Source of the DNA: a bacterium
GTDB taxonomy: Bacteria > Zhuqueibacterota > Zhuqueibacteria > Oceanimicrobiales > Oceanimicrobiaceae
Assembly (NCBI GenBank): GCA_046758365.1
Contig: JBHIAC010000002.1
Location: forward strand, 1-64,000
Direction of reading: 5' to 3'
Length of the DNA: 64,000 nucleotides
Shown: in pieces, positions 10,686-20,386 of the stretch
How positions within the stretch are numbered: position 1 is the first letter of the stretch
Layout of the letters: each line of letters starts with the position of its first letter
Translations under genes and position numbers: made by a program
The notes under the pieces: generated by a model
What the model was told of the DNA's origin: nothing
What the model saw: only the letters and a program-made list of their open reading frames with translations
The model's database searches: none

Positions 10686-11381
10686 ATGGAAGGTATACAA
10701 GTATCAGTAGAAAAAGCTGGCTCGAAACAGAACATTGCTGTAATAAAAGTTGGTGGGTATATAGATACTACCACTTCGGCTGAACTTGAGCATTCTTTAT
10801 CTTCTATTTTAAAATCTAATTGTTATAATATAATTATTGATTTAGGTAATGTGGATTACATCAGCAGTGCGGGCTGGGGATTATTTATAAGTGAAATTAA
10901 GGGTATTCGTGAAAAAGGTGGCGACCTGAAGTTGGTGCGAATGATACCTGATGTTTATGAAGTATTTGAACTTTTGGAGTTCCACTACATTCTTAAAGCC
11001 TTTGATCGGTTGCAAGAAGCTATTAGTGATTTTGATCTTGCTGCACCATCCGAGTTGCCGCTAAAATCCCGAATCGTCAACGATAATAGAAGTAAAAGGG
11101 ATGTGCATGTAGTATCCAAGACTGAAACCAATGTTTTGCAGGCGGAAGCTGATAAAGAAGCCGCTTTAGAGTCTGAAATAGAAACGATAGAAGAAAAAAT
11201 CCGTCAAATTGTTATAGAAAATCCTGAAGCGGGTACTTTGCAAATTATAAAAACACTTAACAGTCCTCGATTTGGTAATATAAAACTTGGTTGGTTTGAA
11301 ATGAGAAAATATCTAAAGCAATTAAATATAGATTCCAAAAAGAAAAGACTTGCTTATTTCAAACAAAAAACTTTTAGCTAA
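10686..11381 (+). CDS. STAS anti-sigma-factor antagonist with an extra C-terminal HTH-like domain
   Basis: STAS motif 'IIIDLGNVDYISSAGWG' with the phospho-acceptor Ser. The last ~60 aa align with aa ~715-780 of the upstream fusion. Confidence 0.85.
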   Translation: MEGIQVSVEKAGSKQNIAVIKVGGYIDTTTSAELEHSLSSILKSNCYNIIIDLGNVDYISSAGWGLFISEIKGIREKGGDLKLVRMIPDVYEVFELLEFHYILKAFDRLQEAISDFDLAAPSELPLKSRIVNDNRSKRDVHVVSKTETNVLQAEADKEAALESEIETIEEKIRQIVIENPEAGTLQIIKTLNSPRFGNIKLGWFEMRKYLKQLNIDSKKKRLAYFKQKTFS

Positions 11382-11535
11382 ATATTAACATAAAAATACA
11401 TCGATAGTAGCCAGTATTATTTACCTGTAAGAACCTCCTTCCTCAAATCCGCATTTAGAAAAATAGTTTGATTTTACTCTCTTTTTTTCTTAATATTAGT
11501 TTCATCTGATAATTAGGTGTCGATTTTATGTATAA

Positions 11536-13657
<2,122 letters not shown>

Positions 13658-13678
13658 ATTGCTACCCTTAAAAAGCAG

Positions 13679-13707
13679 TTGATTTGTTATACAAATATTT
13701 GTATATT
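13679..13707 (+). promoter_or_regulatory. Putative sigma70 promoter of the tRNA-Ser/gltX cluster
   Basis: TTGATT-N17-TATATT about 20 nt upstream of tRNA-Ser. Confidence 0.45.
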
Positions 13708-13727
13708 TAGATTCATTTCTAAGCAGT

Positions 13728-13811
13728 GGAGGGCTATGTCTAATTGGTAAGACAGCGGTCTTGAAAACCGCCGCCCGAAAGGGCTTGGGGGTTCGAGTCC
13801 CTCGCCCTCCG
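13728..13811 (+). tRNA. tRNA-Ser(TGA)
   Basis: Acceptor stem GGAGGGC/GCCCTCC, anticodon arm GCGGT-CT TGA AA-ACCGC, long variable arm, T-loop GTTCGAG; CCA not encoded. Confidence 0.95.
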
Positions 13812-13887
13812 CTTAGGATACAAGGGGATCTAATGAAATAAAAAAATAAAAATTCTAATTTTGGAATTAAATTTTGACTAATCTTTC

Positions 13888-13977
<90 letters not shown>

Positions 13978-14005
13978 TTTTTTGACCATTTATTGAAAAA
14001 AGCGT

Positions 14006-15484
14006 TTGGTATTTAACTTGGAACCTTCAAAAGTTGTAAAAGTTAGAGTTCGTTTTGCGCCAAGCCCTACTGGCTATTTACATGTGGGTAGTGCTCGGAC
14101 AGCTATATTTAATTGGCTGTTTGCCCGAAAATATCATGGAAAATTCCTGCTAAGAATCGAGGACACCGATGTAGCTCGTTCTGGTGAGGAGATGGTGCAA
14201 GCCATTTTCAATGGTCTTAGATGGTTGGGCTTGGATTGGGATGAAGAGCCGGTATTTCAATCTGAGAGATTTCACGTCTATAAGCAATATGCCGAAAGGC
14301 TTGTTGAGGAAGGCAAAGCCTATCGGTGTTATTGTACCCAGGAGAGATTGCAGGCAGTCAGAGAAAACGCTCTCCGAGAGAAAAAAGAGGTGAAATATGA
14401 TCGCTACTGCCTGAATTTAACTGAGACTGAAAAAGCTGCCCACGAAAAAGAGGATGTGCCTTATGTCATAAGATTTAAGGTTGAAGACGGTTTTACATCA
14501 TTTGTGGATGAAGTCTACGGCCAGTTAAGATTTGACAATAATCAGATTGATGATTTCGTCATACTCCGTTCTGATGGGATTCCAACCTATCACTTAGCGG
14601 TGGTGGTGGATGATAAAGAAATGAACATCACCCATATTATCCGAGGGGATGACCATCTTACCAATACACCTAAGCAAGTTCTTTTATATAAAGCCTTTGG
14701 TTGGGAATGTCCCGTATTTTCTCATGTCCCTTTGATTTTAGGTCCAGATCGACAGCGCTTGAGCAAACGACATGGTGCAACGTCTATCGAGGAATATGAA
14801 AAAGCTGGTTATTTGCCGGAAGCTGTATTAAATTTTTTGGCTCTCCTCGGTTGGTCATCTGGCGATGATAGGGAACTATTCACTCGAGATGAATTAATTG
14901 AAGCATTTGATCTTTCCGGAATATCTAAAAAGAGCGCCGTGTTTGATGAAAAGAAATTGGAATGGATGAACGGCCAGTATTTGAATAAAATAGATAACGA
15001 AGAGCTTCTGCAACGAGTACAGTTGTATTTGACGGACGCTGGATTTATTACCCCCAATTTTGTAAGTGAGAATAAAGAGTACTTATTAAGAATTGTGGGA
15101 CTTCTAAAAACCAGAATTAGACGATTGACTGAATTTTCTAAGCTCTCAAGATATTTTTTCACCGAACCTGAAGAATATGAAGAAGTCGGCGTTCAGAAAC
15201 ATTGGAAGGACCCGATGTTAATTGAACGATTTTACTCACTAATTGATCGACTTGCTGAAATTCAAGAATTCTCACAAGGAAACATAGAAAAAGCAATTCG
15301 CAGTCTTGCTGAGCAGATGAATATCAGTGCTGCCAAGCTGATTCATCCCATGCGATTGGCTATTACTGGCTATTCAGCAAGTCCGGGGCTGTTTGAAATC
15401 ATGGAAATATTGGGCCAGGAAACTGTTCTGCGCCGTTTACGAAAAGCCATCGAATATTTGAAGGGGAGTTCTTTAGCCCTTTAG
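14006..15484 (+). CDS. gltX: Glutamate--tRNA ligase
   Basis: 'RVRFAPSPTGYLHVG', 'LRIEDTD', 'RGDDHL' and 'RLSKR'. The start could be 14006 or 14018 (both TTG). Confidence 0.97.
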   Translation: MVFNLEPSKVVKVRVRFAPSPTGYLHVGSARTAIFNWLFARKYHGKFLLRIEDTDVARSGEEMVQAIFNGLRWLGLDWDEEPVFQSERFHVYKQYAERLVEEGKAYRCYCTQERLQAVRENALREKKEVKYDRYCLNLTETEKAAHEKEDVPYVIRFKVEDGFTSFVDEVYGQLRFDNNQIDDFVILRSDGIPTYHLAVVVDDKEMNITHIIRGDDHLTNTPKQVLLYKAFGWECPVFSHVPLILGPDRQRLSKRHGATSIEEYEKAGYLPEAVLNFLALLGWSSGDDRELFTRDELIEAFDLSGISKKSAVFDEKKLEWMNGQYLNKIDNEELLQRVQLYLTDAGFITPNFVSENKEYLLRIVGLLKTRIRRLTEFSKLSRYFFTEPEEYEEVGVQKHWKDPMLIERFYSLIDRLAEIQEFSQGNIEKAIRSLAEQMNISAAKLIHPMRLAITGYSASPGLFEIMEILGQETVLRRLRKAIEYLKGSSLAL

Positions 15485-15529
15485 CCACGCAAATTGGCTG
15501 GGGTAGACTTGTTAGGTGAAAAGGTCGCA

Positions 15530-15628
15530 TGGAGTTTTGGAGTATTGGATCAATGGAGTGATGAAATGATGAATATACTTTTTCATAAATTTGCATTACT
15601 CCAAATACTCCATTATTCAATTACTCAA
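15530..15628. repeat. Inverted array of degenerate 8-nt repeats
   Basis: Left arm tggagttt-tggagtat-tggatcaa-tggagtga; right arm cattactc-caaatactc-cattattc-aattactc. Confidence 0.7.
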
Positions 15629-15702
15629 CCAGTAATAAAGATAAAACACTTTGAGGAGAAAATAAAAATAGTTTATAGCAATTCTGAGGCATTTACAAAA
15701 CT

Positions 15703-15773
15703 TGGGGTGTCGTTCAACGGCAGGACACACGGCTCTGGACCGTGGAATCGGGGTTCGAATCCCTGCACCCCAG
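15703..15773 (+). tRNA. tRNA-Gln(CTG)
   Basis: Acceptor stem TGGGGTG/CACCCCA, anticodon arm CACGG-CT CTG GA-CCGTG, GTTCGAAT. Confidence 0.95.
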
Positions 15774-15779
15774 CTACCC

Positions 15780-15853
15780 GCGCCCGTAGCTCAATTGGAT
15801 AGAGCATCTGACTTCGGATCAGAGGGTTGAGGGTTCGAGTCCTTCCGGGCGTG
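15780..15853 (+). tRNA. tRNA-Arg(TCG)
   Basis: Acceptor stem GCGCCCG/CGGGCGT, anticodon arm TCTGA-CT TCG GA-TCAGA, GTTCGAG. Confidence 0.95.
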
Positions 15854-15875
15854 CTAAAAAAAATCAATAACATAG

Positions 15876-15900
15876 GCTCACTTGTATAGTGAGCTTTTTT
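15876..15900 (+). terminator. Intrinsic terminator after the tRNA pair
   Basis: GCTCACT-tgtat-AGTGAGC hairpin followed by a T-tract. Confidence 0.7.
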
Positions 15901-16080
15901 ATTTTAAAATTGAAATGTTACCAAGATATTACCATAAAGAGAATTTTTGCTTGACAAATTTGTAATAATTTGACATATTAAATTCGTTTCTGATTAAGGA
16001 CAAAAAGTATGGATGATGAATCAGAGTTATCTTTCCTCTGACTTGACAAACGCTTCTCCATCTGCTTATATGGTCATAAT

Positions 16081-16587
16081 ATGAAAATTCCTGTTTTTGT
16101 TTCTTGCCCGACAACGCTTAACAGAGCGCAAGAATCGGCTCGAAAAATTATTAATCAAGAGTTAGACCAGTTAGGTATCGAGCCTCGTGCATTGGGTCGA
16201 ACCGATTATCCATCCGATTTCCCATTACGGGAAGTTTTAGTCATAGCAAAACATTGTTCTAGTGGAGTTATTCTTGGATTTACTCAGTTTTCTACTGATT
16301 CAGGAATATGGAAAGAAGGAACACCTGACGCAGAACCAAATAATGAAACTTTAGCTTTTCCTACGTCTTGGAATCAGCTTGAAGCTGGAATCTTATTCTC
16401 GTTAGGCCTCCCTCTTCTGGTATTTAAGGAAGAAAATATTTCAGGTGGCGCCTTTGACTCAGGAGTCACGGATGTTTTTATCCATAAAATGCCGATAGGA
16501 AGATTATCTGTTGAGAATAAAAAGGCATTACGAGAAGTATTTCTCAATTGGCAAAGAAAAGTCAGAGCTCATTATTATGGTGATTAG
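16081..16587 (+). CDS. TIR-like / nucleoside-deoxyribosyltransferase-like Rossmann-fold protein
   Basis: N-terminal 'VFVSCP' strand and 'TSWNQLEAGILFSLGLPLLVF', matching the W-x3-E helix pattern of TIR/NDT folds. Confidence 0.55.
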   Translation: MKIPVFVSCPTTLNRAQESARKIINQELDQLGIEPRALGRTDYPSDFPLREVLVIAKHCSSGVILGFTQFSTDSGIWKEGTPDAEPNNETLAFPTSWNQLEAGILFSLGLPLLVFKEENISGGAFDSGVTDVFIHKMPIGRLSVENKKALREVFLNWQRKVRAHYYGD

Positions 16588-16759
16588 GGTAATAAAATTC
16601 CAGTGACTAATTTTGTGCCTTGCACTCCGAGACGCTAGAATACCTACTGCGGGAAAAGGCGGCACCGGTGAAAGCACGCAGTCCAAATTGATCGACCAGT
16701 CTGACACCTTAACCCAGAGACTCGAGTCACCAAATTTTTCCAAACTTCTGAAATGAAAG

Positions 16760-17233
16760 ATGGCATTTAACAAATTTGAAGAATATAAATTCATAGCTTC
16801 AAGTAACCAGCACCTTTCAGAAAGACGTCAGGAGGCCACAAAGACCTATCTGAGTGTAAATACCGCTATTTTTGTGATTATAGCCTTTCTAATCAAAGAC
16901 ACACAACTTCAGGATTGGTGGTTAATAATTGCGCTTTTTCCTCTAACACTCACAGGTATTCTCTCGTGCTGGATTTGGAGCAAGATAATCACTCAATACA
17001 AAAAACTGATTGGTTGGCGTTACGATGAACTCATTAAAATTGAGGAAAGCATGAAGGAAGCTCACCATTTCTACAAAAAAGAAAAGGGACAGTTTTTTAA
17101 ACAGCAGAACGGTAAGGAAAAGTTTGGCTTCTCACGTCTGGAGGCATTACTCCCTACCATGTTCATGGCCTTGTACCTCATTTATTTTTTGGGGCTGTTA
17201 TTTATAATAACATACAATCAATTTTGGAGGTAG
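16760..17233 (+). CDS. Small 3-TM membrane protein resembling the Rip-type (octameric) membrane family
   Basis: 'EEYKF...LSERRQEATKTYLSVNTA', two TM helices, 'W...I..YKKL...Y..L..IEE', and a C-terminal TM helix. Family recalled from memory. Confidence 0.55.
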   Translation: MAFNKFEEYKFIASSNQHLSERRQEATKTYLSVNTAIFVIIAFLIKDTQLQDWWLIIALFPLTLTGILSCWIWSKIITQYKKLIGWRYDELIKIEESMKEAHHFYKKEKGQFFKQQNGKEKFGFSRLEALLPTMFMALYLIYFLGLLFIITYNQFWR

Positions 17234-17236
17234 AAA

Positions 17237-19876
17237 TTGTCCGAAAATAAATTTCGAGTAAACTTGCGATTTGCCCAATTTGGGTCAAGCTTAAAATTCA
17301 AGGATATTATATCACTAACGTTCATTGGGTACAGTCTGGGATGGCTCCTTTCTTTTTACCTGGTTGCTTCATTTGTTCACCTTAATTTTGTAATATTGAT
17401 TTTATTATTCCACGGATATTTCTGGTTTAAACTGGTTAACGAAATCCTACAAAAGATTGAGCCACCTGCTGAGCTCCTGCTTATTCTTTTTCTACTGATA
17501 CACTTTGTCGACCTGGCTTTTTTGCGAATAGAGTTTGCCGCCTCGACATTTTGGAATCCTGTGATACAAATGCCCAGTTCGTTTTTAGGAATTCTGCAAA
17601 TTATGGTATTGGCTTTATCAATTCTTATTTTCAGCTTGATTCTGGTAAAAAACAGCCAAGGTAAAAGAGGGGTCATTGTTTGGTATGTGTTGCTTGGTTT
17701 CATTGGAATCAACTTACTCAGGGCTGAAGACGATTCCTACCTTTTACTTTTTCAGTTTGTTTTATTTATTCTTCTTTTACGAAAAACCTCCTGGTTAGAA
17801 GAACTTACAAAATTAGAGTGCTGGACAGGTTTTCTGCTATTGTTTTTACTTTTTCAAGGAGTTTCTCTACTTGATCCATTTCAAGGTGCGAATACCAATC
17901 AGCTTGCTCAACAATTTATTTGGTACAGCGCACCTTTTTATATGTACTTATTATTCAAAATATATTTACTTGCGCTTCTCGTAAAAATTCCAGTAGTGCT
18001 TGTTTACAACCACGCACAGCTTTCGCGGAAATTACGGATTTCCAGTCTTTTTCAATCCACATTTCCACAGGTCATTCATCTAATTATGTTGCTGATTATT
18101 TTTTACTTTTTCATTGCTGTTTGGCAGGCTGAAAATGTGCGGCAGGCATTAATCAATCAGATAGAACAGGTAAAATCTGGCAAGGCGACCCCATCTCTTA
18201 CCTATTTTAAAGGGGCTAAGACTTCTATTGGCTCTACAATTTTTTACGGTTACCAACCGATAAACTTGTCAAATGAGTTGCCCCAGCAGGGAATTCTGGC
18301 TTTAGAGCGGGCCCCATCTGGGGAACTAGCCGATTACAAGAATATAGATTATTTCTTCTTTTTCGATGCCGCTGAGGTTGCAGACGATTCAGTCTATTTT
18401 TTCAAGATAAATTCAAATTTCTTGGCGTCAGTGACCGAAAATATGTCCGTATTAGCTGGCACCCAACTGCTATCTTATCCGTATTTGCTTGCCCAATGGG
18501 AGACTTTTATTTACAATAGAAAAATCTTGATGCAGGATAATGAAATTAGAATATTTCCGTTCAGCTTGACTCCTCAAAAGTCAGCAAATTTTATTTCAGT
18601 CGGAGTCGAGGCTGGCACAAAACCGCGTTATGCTTTTGAAGAACGGAGGATGCGACTGGAAGACGCTGAAATAAATTTCGGCAAATTGGATGAAAATAAG
18701 TTCACGGTTGGGAGAGTTTTAGTCCCGCTTTGGAATGCGAATTTTGAGCATGTTGGTGATTTTGCTTTTGATGTCTTGCTGGTGCCGAGTTTATCTATTT
18801 TTAATTCGCTTCTATTTAGGTATATAGTGTTTTTTATTATTGTTTACTTATTGGTAAATCTCTTTGTCGTCCGTCGAGCTGTAAAATTTGGCGCCCGGAT
18901 TAATCGCAGGATTGTGCAGAAATTTAATCAACTCAAAGACGGTATTCGGGAAATATCATCTGGTAATCTGGATTATAAGGTCAAGCTCGAGGGCGAAGAT
19001 GAATTTGTGGAATTGGCCGAAAGGTTCAATCAAATGGGGGAAAAGCTAAAACAGACCATTGAGGAAGTTCGCGAAAAAGAACGCCTTGAACATGAATTAA
19101 ATATTGCCCGTCAGGTTCAGCTCAGTTTACTTCCAAGTCATCTGCCCCAGGTACAAGGATATCAAGTTGCCGCTACCCTTAAAACGGCTACAGAGGTGGG
19201 AGGTGATTTTTACGATATTATACCTTTAAATAACAACAAATTTCTATTCACGATTGGTGACGTTTCCGGGAAAAGTACGTCGGCCGCTTTTTATATGGCA
19301 CAGTGCATAAGTCTCATTCGGTATTCTCCTCAATTTACCTATGAACCTCGTGAAATTATCCTGCGTTTGAATGAGTATTTTGCAGATCCGATGGTTGATC
19401 GCCAGATGTTTGTAACTGCAATTGTCGGCATGTTGGATGCAGCCAAAAGCACCATACGGTTAGTTAGAGCCGGGCACACTATGCCGATTCTCATCCCAGG
19501 ACGAAAGAAAGAAGAAATTCGTGAATTACAGCCCGGTGGTCTGGGAATTGGTTTGGCAAGAAGCGGCCAAATGCTCGAAAAAGTTCTTAAAGTGGAGCAA
19601 GTTACCATTCGTTCCGGCGATATGGTGGTGTTATATACCGATGGTGTGGTAGAGGCCGCACGCTCGTCTGCTGAAATAGATAGTAATAATGGCGAAGATG
19701 AGGAGACTAAGCAGTTTTACGGGGAGGAGCGGTTAATGAATTTGCTGAAGGGAATCCGCGGAAAAAGCGCCACAAAAATCATGCAGGAGCTCACCAATGA
19801 TTTGGAATCATTTTATGGAGGAAACGCGCCGGTGGATGATTATACGTTGTTGATTATTCAGAAAACGAGCAGATGA
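17237..19876 (+). CDS. Multi-TM sensor with HAMP and SpoIIE/PP2C phosphatase (RsbU-like)
   Basis: About 8-9 N-terminal TM segments, HAMP 'DEFVELAERFNQM', and 'VGGDFYD', 'GDVSGK', 'YTDGVVEA', 'DDYT'. Confidence 0.9.
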   Translation: MSENKFRVNLRFAQFGSSLKFKDIISLTFIGYSLGWLLSFYLVASFVHLNFVILILLFHGYFWFKLVNEILQKIEPPAELLLILFLLIHFVDLAFLRIEFAASTFWNPVIQMPSSFLGILQIMVLALSILIFSLILVKNSQGKRGVIVWYVLLGFIGINLLRAEDDSYLLLFQFVLFILLLRKTSWLEELTKLECWTGFLLLFLLFQGVSLLDPFQGANTNQLAQQFIWYSAPFYMYLLFKIYLLALLVKIPVVLVYNHAQLSRKLRISSLFQSTFPQVIHLIMLLIIFYFFIAVWQAENVRQALINQIEQVKSGKATPSLTYFKGAKTSIGSTIFYGYQPINLSNELPQQGILALERAPSGELADYKNIDYFFFFDAAEVADDSVYFFKINSNFLASVTENMSVLAGTQLLSYPYLLAQWETFIYNRKILMQDNEIRIFPFSLTPQKSANFISVGVEAGTKPRYAFEERRMRLEDAEINFGKLDENKFTVGRVLVPLWNANFEHVGDFAFDVLLVPSLSIFNSLLFRYIVFFIIVYLLVNLFVVRRAVKFGARINRRIVQKFNQLKDGIREISSGNLDYKVKLEGEDEFVELAERFNQMGEKLKQTIEEVREKERLEHELNIARQVQLSLLPSHLPQVQGYQVAATLKTATEVGGDFYDIIPLNNNKFLFTIGDVSGKSTSAAFYMAQCISLIRYSPQFTYEPREIILRLNEYFADPMVDRQMFVTAIVGMLDAAKSTIRLVRAGHTMPILIPGRKKEEIRELQPGGLGIGLARSGQMLEKVLKVEQVTIRSGDMVVLYTDGVVEAARSSAEIDSNNGEDEETKQFYGEERLMNLLKGIRGKSATKIMQELTNDLESFYGGNAPVDDYTLLIIQKTSR

Positions 19877-19966
19877 AAACGTAGAGTATAGGTCTGAAAT
19901 GCCTAATAAGCTTTCTCACATTTCTTTGTCATGTAGTCCTATTGGACATACATGACCTACATTCAT

Positions 19967-20140
19967 TCACACCACCATACTCAACGCTATCCGCTCGCGC
20001 TCCACATCCACCTTGAGCCCCTTCACATCAATTACCTTCCCCACCGAAACCAAATCCAAAGGATTTTTAACAAATTTTTTCGACATTTGGCTTTTGTGCA
20101 TTAAGTCGTCATTTTTAAAACACTCTAAATTCAATGCCAT
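19967..20140 (-). pseudogene. Remnant 1 of the C-terminal S1 domain of a Tex/YhgF-like gene
   Basis: Translates as MALNLECFKNDDLMHKSQMSKKFVKNPLDLVSVGKVIDVKGLKVDVERERIALSMVV*. Confidence 0.7.
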
Positions 20141-20204
20141 TTTATCAAGATACTTTTATATGCAAATGTCATATAATCCTTATCGGACATACATGACCTA
20201 TGAT

Positions 20205-20324
20205 TCATACCACTATACTCAACCCTATCCTTTCCAGCTCTACATCGATCTTAAGCACCTTCACTTCAATCACATCCCTTACCGAAACCAGATCCAAAGG
20301 ATTTTTGACTTTCAAATCTTCCAT
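20205..20324 (-). pseudogene. Remnant 2 of the C-terminal S1 domain of a Tex/YhgF-like gene
   Basis: Translates as MEDLKVKNPLDLVSVRDVIEVKVLKIDVELERIGLSIVV*; it is a degenerate direct repeat of remnant 1, including the 3' flank. Confidence 0.7.
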
Positions 20325-20386
20325 TCGTAAACTGAAAGATTTTCTTCGTCCCTGGCTTTGGAAGTTAAAAGCCCCAATGCATGAAT

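Noticed and set aside
15530..15628. Periodic repeats as a possible CRISPR array
   Set aside because: The units are 8 nt, degenerate and inverted, with no spacers and no cas genes.
15494..15873. ORF-track ORFs 15494..15802 (+) and 15673..15873 (-)
   Set aside because: They overlap the repeat array and tRNA-Gln/tRNA-Arg, so they are spurious.
16613..16756. 47-codon TTG ORF containing 'GKGGTGEST', like a deviant Walker A motif
   Set aside because: The catalytic Lys is absent, there is no SD, and no other ATPase motif is present. It may be a remnant but cannot be supported.
15854..17233. Prophage or integrative element at tRNA-Arg
   Set aside because: I saw no integrase and no duplicated tRNA 3' end in the window.
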